Source of the DNA: Candidatus Woesearchaeota archaeon
Lineage (GTDB): Archaea > Nanobdellota > Nanobdellia > SCGC-AAA011-G17 > UBA489
Length of the DNA: 64,000 bases
Reading direction: 5' to 3'
Assembly (NCBI GenBank): GCA_016845225.1
Contig: JAERTB010000010.1
Location: 12,294-76,293, forward strand
The translations under genes were made by a program, and so were the position numbers. Below the pieces are notes generated by a model that worked only from the letters and a program-made list of their open reading frames with translations, did no database searches and was not told the DNA's origin. This document shows positions 1-8,317 of the stretch, piece after piece (position 1 is the stretch's first letter; each line of letters begins with the position of its first letter).

Positions 1-1003
1 TATTTTCTTGAACCAATTTATTTGTTTGTTTAATTGCTGACTGTATTTGTTTATTGGATAAAATGTTTTTTGATGCTTTGCTTGTTTCAGTTTCTAGTTT
101 TTTGAAGTAATCTTGTAATGCTTTTGGTGTTTGGGTTTCTATTAATCCTAATGCATGGTTTAACTTAATCATTGCAGCTACATCTGAAACACCTCTGTAT
201 GCTAAGAAATCTCCTGCTTTGATACTCTGTTGTAAACTTCTTTGATAAGATAACAGATCTGTTTTGTTTATTACTGATGCAGGTTTTGTAAATCCATACA
301 TTTTCAATCCTGTTGCTCTAGACTTATACTGGCCCTTTAAACTTGCCTGTATTGTTTGAAACTCTTCTGGAAGTTTTACTTTGATGTTTTCATTTTCTTT
401 TTGTTGTATATGAACTGCAAGATCTTTATCTGTTTCAGTTCTTAATTCGATATTTTTTATAAATAAGTTAGAACAAACTTCAGATACTTTTTCTTTTGTT
501 GCTCCTGGAGATGCAGTCAATGCAAGAATTAAATTATTCTTTGCTTCTTTATTGTATTCTTTTGCAACGACTGTATTTGCAAATTTTTCTTTAGATCTAT
601 GGCATTCATCTATTACTAAAAGTGATGTGTCCTTTAGAGAGATTCTTTTATTTTGTGTGTCAAATTGAATTGTCTGAGGTGTGGCTACAATTACTTTTGA
701 TTTTGAAAATATCTTTGATCTTTCTTTCGGTTTTATTGTTCCAGTTAATAGGTTTATTTCTTCTTTTGGGATGTCAGTATTAGATTTAATCTCTTCACAA
801 ATTTGAGAAGATAATGGTTTGGATGGAGAGACAATTATTATGTTACTTTTTGGAAATTTGTTTAACCTTTCTATCAAGAGCAATATTGCTAGTTTGGTTT
901 TTCCTGTGCCTGTTGGCAAACAGACTAATGTATTTTGAGTTTTTGAACTATTAAATATGGTATTTTGGTATTCTCTGGCCTGAAATCCTATTATTTTGTA
1001 CAT
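1..1003 (-). CDS. Superfamily-2 DEAH-type helicase, N-terminal part (Hef/FANCM/RIG-I-like helicase core). The 3' end runs off the window start.
   Basis: Reverse-strand translation starts MYKIIGFQAREYQNTIFNSSKTQNTLVCLPTGTGKTKLAILL (Walker A GTGKT), then LLVIDECHR (DECH box) and LTASPG (motif III). Start codon is complement of cat at 1001-1003. Not in the ORF track because it is truncated by the window edge. Confidence 0.8.
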   Translation of the reverse strand, partial: MYKIIGFQAREYQNTIFNSSKTQNTLVCLPTGTGKTKLAILLLIERLNKFPKSNIIIVSPSKPLSSQICEEIKSNTDIPKEEINLLTGTIKPKERSKIFSKSKVIVATPQTIQFDTQNKRISLKDTSLLVIDECHRSKEKFANTVVAKEYNKEAKNNLILALTASPGATKEKVSEVCSNLFIKNIELRTETDKDLAVHIQQKENENIKVKLPEEFQTIQASLKGQYKSRATGLKMYGFTKPASVINKTDLLSYQRSLQQSIKAGDFLAYRGVSDVAAMIKLNHALGLIETQTPKALQDYFKKLETETSKASKNILSNKQIQSAIKQTNKLVQEN

Positions 1004-1042
1004 TTTCGAATATTATTTAAATTAATTTTTTTTGTTAAAGTG

Positions 1043-1318
1043 ATGTTATTACAAATTATGGGTATTGTAGATGTATTGGCTGCAATATTATTGACTCTTA
1101 ATTACTTGGGCTTTGGGTTTTCTCTCTTATTTTATCTTTCAATCTTTATTGTTATTAAATCATTATTGTTTTTTGATGGTATTGTCGGAGTAATAGACCT
1201 AATTGGAGGTTTATTGATTTTATGGGTTACTCTTTTTTCCATTCAATTATATCCTTTGATTACAGGAGTTTTAGTTTTCTGGTATTTACAAAAAGGGTTT
1301 CTTAGTCTTGTTGGTTAG
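1043..1318 (+). CDS. Small hydrophobic membrane protein (2-3 TM), function unknown
   Basis: ORF 965..1318; internal ATG at ~1043 avoids overlap with the helicase start. Strongly hydrophobic helices. Weak support. Confidence 0.35.
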   Translation: MLLQIMGIVDVLAAILLTLNYLGFGFSLLFYLSIFIVIKSLLFFDGIVGVIDLIGGLLILWVTLFSIQLYPLITGVLVFWYLQKGFLSLVG

Positions 1319-1320
1319 AT

Positions 1321-2076
1321 TTATTCTGCTTTCTTTTTTCCAAAAGAAACTATATAATTTAATCCCATAAAGAACACTGCAGAAACTAACCCTAAAATTA
1401 GTGATTGTAGTGGAGTTAGAATTTTAGTTAGGTAATATGTGCCTATAATAAAAGTAATTACAAATACATATTTTATGGGCCCATAAATGTAAGTCATAAG
1501 ACCGTTTAGTTTTGGGAATGGGAGCATTGTACAAAATGCAATTGAAAATGGAATTAGTGTTAAATTATTTAAATCTGGATTCTTGATTGAACTCAATAAA
1601 ATTGCAAGCAATGTTAATGTTATTGGTCCTATTATTGCAATATTTGCAGTTTCTTTTTCTGTTGGCTCTGCATATTTTTTCCCAATTCTTTTTTTAGACA
1701 ATGTTTCTAATTCTGGAGAGATTATTCCAGAGAAGAATAATTTTCCCTTTGAAAATAAAGCAATGAATAAAGGCAGTATAATTCCCCATTGAATGCTTGT
1801 TTTGTGAAGTATTGCTCCTTTTGGAAATCCAAATCTTTTAGAATTCCAGATGCTAAATGTGGTTTTAACCCCTTTTTTTAGAGCATAACTTTTAGTTGTT
1901 TTTACAAATACAAATAAGAAAAACAAAGATATGAAAACTTGTTGTAAATAATTTTTAATCCAGATAATCTTATTGAAAAATTCTCCTGTATTGTATGCTG
2001 CACCAAAAACAAATCCTAAAATTATTGATGCTAAGATTATTTCTTTTGTTTCTTTCCAACTGTTTTTCTTTTCCAT
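1321..2076 (-). CDS. Polytopic integral membrane protein, function unknown
   Basis: 251-aa ORF with ~6 hydrophobic helices; no recognisable catalytic motif. Confidence 0.5.
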   Translation of the reverse strand: MEKKNSWKETKEIILASIILGFVFGAAYNTGEFFNKIIWIKNYLQQVFISLFFLFVFVKTTKSYALKKGVKTTFSIWNSKRFGFPKGAILHKTSIQWGIILPLFIALFSKGKLFFSGIISPELETLSKKRIGKKYAEPTEKETANIAIIGPITLTLLAILLSSIKNPDLNNLTLIPFSIAFCTMLPFPKLNGLMTYIYGPIKYVFVITFIIGTYYLTKILTPLQSLILGLVSAVFFMGLNYIVSFGKKKAE

Positions 2077-2753
2077 TTTTGTTTTTTTAGTAGTTTGATT
2101 ATTCCTTCAATATGTCCAGCACCTAAAACTGCAACAATCTTTTCATCTTTGTGTAGATTTGATATTTTATATAAGTTTCTTGCCATGTATACATCTCTAT
2201 CTGTGATTAAACTTCTATAAATTGAAGGATAAGTCTTTTTCATTTTCCTTGTTAACTTCTCAATCATCTTTTTAGGAGGCACTTTAGAAATATCTATTTC
2301 AATTTTATTTTTTGATTTTCTAGAAAAAATAGCAATTAATATTTCTCTTAGAAAACTAAACTTTTCTTTCCATGTTATTCGTTTAGAAATATTTCTCAGA
2401 GTTATTGATATTTCTTGATCAATCAAGGCTATAGGTATTTTTTCTTTTTTTGCAATGGATATTGCCTTTTTCATTTCAGATCCAGGTGTAGCTCCAGTAA
2501 CTTTTCCCATCTTATGTTCTATCCATGAACCTAAAACCCCAAATAAATATCCCTTTATGCCTATTTTTTTAATATCTGAAATTTTTAGTTTTCTCTTTCT
2601 TTTTGTTATTAAAGAATAAAGTCTTGATTTGTCTAATTCAATAGCTATTAATTTTGGATTGTTTTTTGAAATTGATTCTTGAACTTCCAGGATGCTATCT
2701 TTTGAGATGTGGGATGTACCTACAAAGTGGATATTTTTAAACTGACGCTTCAT
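2037..2753 (-). CDS. TraB/PrgY (GumN) family protein
   Basis: N-terminal HFVGTSHIS and C-terminal VLGAGHIEG, the two His-containing signature blocks of the TraB family. Confidence 0.7.
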   Translation of the reverse strand: MKRQFKNIHFVGTSHISKDSILEVQESISKNNPKLIAIELDKSRLYSLITKRKRKLKISDIKKIGIKGYLFGVLGSWIEHKMGKVTGATPGSEMKKAISIAKKEKIPIALIDQEISITLRNISKRITWKEKFSFLREILIAIFSRKSKNKIEIDISKVPPKKMIEKLTRKMKKTYPSIYRSLITDRDVYMARNLYKISNLHKDEKIVAVLGAGHIEGIIKLLKKQKWKRKTVGKKQKK

Positions 2754-2822
2754 ACTATCAAATAATACGGAAACTTTTATAAACTTTGAGTAGTTTTTTA
2801 TGCTGTTTTAGGAGGAATACAC

Positions 2823-3125
2823 ATGCTTAAATTAAGAAAAATGACTTCTGTATATGACATGAAAGTTTTTACAGATAACGGAGATTATTTTGGTGACGTT
2901 GAAGAAGCAATTGTTACTATGACAAAAGTATTTGGTTGGAGAATTAGAGCAACTAGAAACTCATCATTATCACAAGCACTAGGTGGTGCTAAAGGTGTAA
3001 TTGTTCCTCACAGACTTGTAAAAGCTGTCGGTGACATTATGGTAATAAGTAAAACTGCAATTCCAGAATATGGGGATGCGGCAGAAGAAACAGCTCCTGC
3101 AGAAATGGCTGAGGGAGAAATTTAG
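2823..3125 (+). CDS. PRC-barrel domain protein
   Basis: 100 aa; pattern VFTDNGDYFGDVEEAIV...GVIVPHRLVKAVGDIMVIS typical of archaeal PRC-barrel proteins. Acidic C-terminal tail. ggagg SD-like motif 8 nt upstream; TATA-like ttttataaa at ~2774. Confidence 0.65.
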   Translation: MLKLRKMTSVYDMKVFTDNGDYFGDVEEAIVTMTKVFGWRIRATRNSSLSQALGGAKGVIVPHRLVKAVGDIMVISKTAIPEYGDAAEETAPAEMAEGEI

Positions 3126-3159
3126 TTTCTTTAAAATAAAGAAAGGGGTGTGATTAATT

Positions 3160-3690
3160 ATGGCTTCGCCATTAGTAAATGCAGTAGAATTTATGAAATC
3201 GTTTGGAGTTTTTGATGTAGTTTTACCTTTCTTATTGGTATTTACAGTTATTTTTGGTGTATTGGAAAAAACAAAAATCTTTGGTGAAGAGAATGGCAAG
3301 ACTCGAAAGAATATTAATTCTATGGTGGCATTTTCTGTAGCTTTCTTTGTGATTGCAGCAACTCAAGTTGTAAGTGTTATGCAAGCTGCATTGCCTATGA
3401 TTATGTTGTTATTAGTTTTGGTAATTGCGTTTATGATTGTTTATGGTTCAACATTGAGTGAAGGTAAAATGAATCTTTGGGACAATATGGATAAGGCAAA
3501 AAAAGCATTTACCTTTGGTTTATTTGTTGCAATAATTGCTATTGTTCTTGGAGCAATGGATATGCTCGGAGGAATAATTAATTGGATATTTGCCTCTGTA
3601 AGTGGTCCTGCAGTGTCTACAGTTATTTTATTATTAGTTGTAGGGATTTTTATGTGGATTGTAGTTGGAAAAGATAATTCTAGTGATTAA
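3160..3690 (+). CDS. Membrane protein, paralog 1 of a tandem triplet (unknown family)
   Basis: N-terminus FGVFDVVLPFLLVFTVIFGVLEKTKIFG matches the N-termini of the next two ORFs; 4-5 TM helices. Confidence 0.6.
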   Translation: MASPLVNAVEFMKSFGVFDVVLPFLLVFTVIFGVLEKTKIFGEENGKTRKNINSMVAFSVAFFVIAATQVVSVMQAALPMIMLLLVLVIAFMIVYGSTLSEGKMNLWDNMDKAKKAFTFGLFVAIIAIVLGAMDMLGGIINWIFASVSGPAVSTVILLLVVGIFMWIVVGKDNSSD

Positions 3691-3755
3691 TTTTAATATA
3701 AAAAACATTAAAAAGGAGTTAGTGTTATAATAATTAATCAATGAGGTGAAATTTA

Positions 3756-4328
3756 ATGGATTTTTATCAATTAACAGCAATGCTTGATCAGGTTGGAGGA
3801 TTTGACATATTACTTCCTTTTATTTTAGTATTTACTATGGTGTTTGCAGTACTGCAAAAGATTAATTTATTTGGTTCTGGTAAGAAGAATATTAATGCTG
3901 TTATTTCACTTGTTATTGCATTATTCTTTTTGAATAATACTTATTTAGTTTATACTTTGCAGAGATTTTTACCTAATGTTTCAATAATACTTGTGGTGTT
4001 TTTAATGTTTTTATTGATTTTGGGAATTTTCGCTGGAGAAACCAAATTTACAGATAAGGCATTAGGATTGACGTTCTTCATTTCTATTGGAGCAGTTTTA
4101 TTTGCGTTATTTTCAGATGTCTTTAATCCAATTGGTTATGGAGATTATGGCGGAGGTCTTGGAGGTCTTTATTATTCAATTGATCCCGGAACAAGATTTA
4201 TGGCGTGGATGTTGCTAATTGGTGTGATGTTTGTTATGTTTGTAATGAAAGATGACGATTCTGGTAAGGGAAAAGATTTTGGAGATGTTCTTGAATCTTT
4301 TGGAAAGAGTATAAAAAAAGGAAAATAA
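3756..4328 (+). CDS. Membrane protein, paralog 2 of tandem triplet
   Basis: GGFDILLPFILVFTMVFAVLQKINLFG; same architecture as 3160..3690. Confidence 0.6.
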   Translation: MDFYQLTAMLDQVGGFDILLPFILVFTMVFAVLQKINLFGSGKKNINAVISLVIALFFLNNTYLVYTLQRFLPNVSIILVVFLMFLLILGIFAGETKFTDKALGLTFFISIGAVLFALFSDVFNPIGYGDYGGGLGGLYYSIDPGTRFMAWMLLIGVMFVMFVMKDDDSGKGKDFGDVLESFGKSIKKGK

Positions 4329-4331
4329 TAG

Positions 4332-4847
4332 ATGGCAACAATATTTGAAGCAAGCGGAGTTGGAGGGGCACTTTCATTAGTGTTTGTTTTTATCTTAGTT
4401 TTTGCTGTAATGTATGCTTTATTGAAAAAGATTGGATTTTTAGGTAAATCTGATGGACTTAATGCAATTGTTGCGTTTATTTTTGCAATGTTAACATCAA
4501 TGTCTCCTGGAAGTGAAATTGTTGTTGGAAGTTTTTTACCTTGGTTCTTTATGTTTATGTTTTTAGTTTTAATGATATTCATGTTTTTTATGTTTATTGG
4601 AGTTAATAATTCAACGATGGAAGATGTTGCAAAAAATAGTACTGTGGTTACAATATCTCTTGTTGCAATAATTGTTTTATTCTTAGTTGCATTGACTAAG
4701 GCTTATGGGCCTTTCTTGATGGTGACTCAAGGTACTGGATTCTGGGCAACAACTAAGAGATTAATATTTAGTAGAAATGTATTGGGATTAATATTCATGC
4801 TAGTGGTTGCATCAAGGGCTATTAGTTTCCTAAGTGAAAATAAATAA
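4332..4847 (+). CDS. Membrane protein, paralog 3 of tandem triplet
   Basis: GGALSLVFVFILVFAVMYALLKKIGFLG; starts 4 nt after the previous paralog, so likely co-transcribed. Confidence 0.6.
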   Translation: MATIFEASGVGGALSLVFVFILVFAVMYALLKKIGFLGKSDGLNAIVAFIFAMLTSMSPGSEIVVGSFLPWFFMFMFLVLMIFMFFMFIGVNNSTMEDVAKNSTVVTISLVAIIVLFLVALTKAYGPFLMVTQGTGFWATTKRLIFSRNVLGLIFMLVVASRAISFLSENK

Positions 4848-4866
4848 TTTTAGAAAAAATTAATTT

Positions 4867-5535
4867 TTATTCTTTTAAGTCTCTGATTAATTTTTCAAGA
4901 GCTTTAACATTAGTAGTTAATGGGCTGATGATGTTTGAAAGTAATTTGCCTAATGCTTTAATTTCAATTCCTACATCTGAGATTGAGTGATCATATTCTT
5001 TAACTCTTCCAACAACAGAGTTTTGTAAGTTTTCAAACCTATTTTGCATTCTCATAATTTCTTGCTTAATTGCATTGATATCATTGTTAGTTTTTTCTTT
5101 CCAAGCATTAATGTCTCCCAATTCTTCTACCATTTTATGCCATTTCTCTTCAATAATAGACTCTGCTATTTCTTCCATATCTTCGCCTGTAGGTTGAATA
5201 GATGGTGGATTAAATTGAGCAACTGGCTCCTGGATTTGGGGGATGCTGAATTCTTCTGGCATACCTGAAGGTGCAGGAGGAGTAGGTTCTTGCAGAGGCA
5301 TAGTTTCTTGTGCCATTGGTGCAGTTTGTTCTTCTGAATAAATTACAGAAGGTTGCATTGCTTCTTCTTTTGGTTCAGAGCTTTCAATTACGCTCTTAGC
5401 TTGAGCCTGATTAAGCGCTTCAGAAATTTGTTGAAATGTATATCCTTGGGTCTGAAGAGATTGTATAATCTCTGTATTTGGCTTACCTACTTTTTGTAAT
5501 TCTAATACTTTTTCAATCGGACTGTTTTCTGGCAA
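4867..5535 (-). CDS. Cytoplasmic protein with a small helical N-terminal domain, P/Q-rich linker and C-terminal coiled coil; function unknown
   Basis: 222 aa, no TM segment. C-terminal heptad-like region (NAIKQEIMRMQNRFENLQNS...). Divergent from the secretion-ATPase gene. Confidence 0.5.
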   Translation of the reverse strand: MPENSPIEKVLELQKVGKPNTEIIQSLQTQGYTFQQISEALNQAQAKSVIESSEPKEEAMQPSVIYSEEQTAPMAQETMPLQEPTPPAPSGMPEEFSIPQIQEPVAQFNPPSIQPTGEDMEEIAESIIEEKWHKMVEELGDINAWKEKTNNDINAIKQEIMRMQNRFENLQNSVVGRVKEYDHSISDVGIEIKALGKLLSNIISPLTTNVKALEKLIRDLKE

Positions 5536-5935
5536 CTTTTACACCTCGTTTAGTTTTAGGTTTGTTTAAATCTAATTTAAAGCTTTCTAATCTTTCTTCT
5601 AGCTGTTCATCTGTTACAAGTTTTAATATATTTATCATATCTATGTATTTTTCTAACATTTTGATTTGATCTTTTTTGGCAAAAATACTTAATTCTTTTA
5701 CAACATCTTTTACCACTTCTTGTGTACTTGCAATATTCATTCTTGTGGTTTTAGAATCTTTGGAAATATTTCTCATTTCTTCCATTAGTTTTTTGTATTC
5801 TTGAATCATATTTTGATTAATAACTAATAGTCTTTCAGTTAATATGTTGTATTTATTTTCTAAAGAACGTACTCTCGAATTTAAGTCTGCTACAATGTGT
5901 GATTGATCTGTTGGATTATAGTCTGGCATTGCCAT
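5513..5935 (-). CDS. Coiled-coil protein, function unknown
   Basis: 140 aa, Lys/Glu-rich heptad pattern. Overlaps the upstream end of ORF 5899..8316, which argues for a later start for that gene. Confidence 0.45.
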   Translation of the reverse strand: MAMPDYNPTDQSHIVADLNSRVRSLENKYNILTERLLVINQNMIQEYKKLMEEMRNISKDSKTTRMNIASTQEVVKDVVKELSIFAKKDQIKMLEKYIDMINILKLVTDEQLEERLESFKLDLNKPKTKRGVKVARKQSD

Positions 5936-8316
5936 GGTTTGTACCTCTTCTAAGTTATTCTTATGTCATATTCTATTTAAATACTTTCTTTGAACTTGAG
6001 ATTGGTAAATTATATAAGCAATTTGAGCAAAATATTAGTATGGTTTTAGAAAAAGCTGGTGGTTATGAGGTAGTTAGGGAAGGTAATGAAGAAATACTGA
6101 AAGTCAATGCTGCTTCTTGGTCTTATACCCCTTCTTTAGAAGATAATTCTAATGTTATGTCTAATGTTGTTGATATGTTAGTAAGTTCTCCAGGTGTTAA
6201 AAGAATTATTTTTCATCAACAAAAAAAGTTTGTTTATTCTTATGACCAAACATTATTATTAGTTGAAATTGCTGGAGTGTACAATCATTTAATTAAAGGT
6301 AAAAGGGTTTTGAGTATTGCTAGTTGGGGATTTGATGAAATAAGTTCTAGATTTTTTGGAGATAAGTTAGGCGAAATACAATATCTTGTATTGAATTTGT
6401 TGAAAAGTGATCCATTGGGAGCATATGTTGAAGCGCGAAGAATTTTACGTGAAGAAAGAATTCTTTTTGAAAGAGATAATGATGATAGAGTTGCAAGAAC
6501 AAGAGCTAGTTATATTAAATTACTTACTGAGATTTTAGATTTATTAGAAAATACTCGCTTAATTAAATTAATGGGAGATAAATTAGATGGGTACCATATT
6601 GGAGATAGAGGCACTTATCGTGAAGTTTTCAGAGCAATAATCACACCTGATTTTATGTATACTCGTTTGAAGTCAAATCCTCCTCTTGAAGGTGAGGAAT
6701 TAGATTTCTACATGGTTGGTAATAATGAAGTTACATTATTCAGAATGCCTAATGATATTAAAACATATTATCATGTGGTTCCTGTCGAATTTAAATTAAA
6801 AGAAGATGAATACGAATTATTAGATATTGCTAAAAATGTATTGGCAGGACATAAACCTAGAAATGAAGAATTTTTAGATCCTGAAAGAATGAGAATTACA
6901 TTCTTTAATATTGGAAGAGATTTATTGGGAGAACTTGCAAAAAATAAAGGTTATGATATTCCTTATGAGAGACTTGGAGAACTTGCAGGAATTTTAGTTA
7001 GATATACTGTTGGTTTTGGATTAATTGAAGTTTTACTTGCAGACCCTAAGGTTCAAGATATTACTGTAAATAGTCCTGTTGGAAAAACTCCTATGTTTTT
7101 AGTTCATCAAGAATATGGTGATTGTTACACTAATGTTTCTCCTAGTTTTGATGATGCTGAAAGTTGGGCAACTAAATTTAGATTGTTAAGTGGTAGGCCT
7201 TTAGATGAAGCAAATTCTGTTTTAGATACAGAGTTAGAAGTTCCAGGTGGAAGAGCGAGAGTTGCTATTATGTCTAAACCTCTTAGTCCACAAGGATTGG
7301 CTTTTGCATTTAGAAGACACAGAGATAGACCTTGGACATTACCCTTATTTGTTCATAATGGGATGATGAATTCTATGGGTGCGGGATTGATTAGTTTTAT
7401 GATTGATGGTGCGAGAACAATGTTGGTTGCAGGAACAAGAAGCAGTGGTAAGACAAGTTTACTTGGAAGTTTTTTGGTTGAAATTATGCGTAAGTATAGG
7501 ATTATTACAGTTGAAGATACATTAGAACTCCCTGTAAAATATATGAGAGGATTAGGATATAATATTCAAAATATGAAAGTAAGGTCTGCATTAAGTAAGG
7601 GTGGTGCAGAAATGGGTGCAGATGATGGAATCCGTACAAGTTTAAGATTGGGAGATAGTAGTTTAATTGTTGGAGAAGTTAGAAGTGTTGAGGCACGTGC
7701 ATTATACGAAGCGATGAGAACTGGTGCGTTGGCAAATGTAGTTGCAGGAACAATCCACGGTGCTAGTCCTTATGGTGTGTATGACAGAGTTGTAAATGAT
7801 TTAGATGTTCCTAAAACAAGTTTTAAAGCAACAGATGCAATTATTGTTTCTAATCCTGTTAAAAGTGCAGATGGATTGAATAGTTGGAAGAGAGTTTTAT
7901 CGATAACAGAAGTTAGAAAACATTGGACAGATGATCCTTTGGCAGAAAGAGGGTTTATGGATTTGATGAAGTATGATTCTAAAAAAGATGAATTGGTTCC
8001 TACTCCTGATTTAATAAATGGTGAAAGTGAAATTATTAAATCAATTGCAGGAAATGTTAAAGAGTGGGCAGGAAATTGGGATGCAGTTTGGGAAAATATT
8101 ATGTTGCGTGGAAAGATTAAACAAGCATTAGTCGATTATGCAGTTAAAACGAATAATTTAGAAATTTTAGAATCTAATTTTACTGTAGCTTCAAATGATA
8201 TGTTTCATAGATTAATTGAACAGGTTAGAACTGAAGTTGGTGGAATTGATAGTAAAAGAGTTTATCAAGAATGGGACGATTGGGTAAGAGGATATATACG
8301 TACGTATAAACGATAA
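5899..8316 (+). CDS. Type II/IV secretion-family ATPase (FlaI/ArlI/PilB-like, VirB11/GspE superfamily) for archaeal type IV pilus or archaellum assembly. True start is probably ATG ~6040.
   Basis: Walker A GTRSSGKTSLLGSFLVE, GspE-type Asp/His boxes, archaeal FlaI-like C-terminal half. Long N-terminal extension relative to ~500-550-aa FlaI proteins. The ORF-track start overlaps the 5513..5935 gene; an in-frame ATG at ~6040 (MVLEKAGGYEV) removes the overlap. Confidence 0.9.
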   Translation: MIDLLDYSLALPWFVPLLSYSYVIFYLNTFFELEIGKLYKQFEQNISMVLEKAGGYEVVREGNEEILKVNAASWSYTPSLEDNSNVMSNVVDMLVSSPGVKRIIFHQQKKFVYSYDQTLLLVEIAGVYNHLIKGKRVLSIASWGFDEISSRFFGDKLGEIQYLVLNLLKSDPLGAYVEARRILREERILFERDNDDRVARTRASYIKLLTEILDLLENTRLIKLMGDKLDGYHIGDRGTYREVFRAIITPDFMYTRLKSNPPLEGEELDFYMVGNNEVTLFRMPNDIKTYYHVVPVEFKLKEDEYELLDIAKNVLAGHKPRNEEFLDPERMRITFFNIGRDLLGELAKNKGYDIPYERLGELAGILVRYTVGFGLIEVLLADPKVQDITVNSPVGKTPMFLVHQEYGDCYTNVSPSFDDAESWATKFRLLSGRPLDEANSVLDTELEVPGGRARVAIMSKPLSPQGLAFAFRRHRDRPWTLPLFVHNGMMNSMGAGLISFMIDGARTMLVAGTRSSGKTSLLGSFLVEIMRKYRIITVEDTLELPVKYMRGLGYNIQNMKVRSALSKGGAEMGADDGIRTSLRLGDSSLIVGEVRSVEARALYEAMRTGALANVVAGTIHGASPYGVYDRVVNDLDVPKTSFKATDAIIVSNPVKSADGLNSWKRVLSITEVRKHWTDDPLAERGFMDLMKYDSKKDELVPTPDLINGESEIIKSIAGNVKEWAGNWDAVWENIMLRGKIKQALVDYAVKTNNLEILESNFTVASNDMFHRLIEQVRTEVGGIDSKRVYQEWDDWVRGYIRTYKR

Positions 8317-8317
8317 G

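Noticed and set aside
1583-1792. 69-aa plus-strand ORF
   Set aside because: Embedded antisense in the 1321..2076 membrane-protein gene.
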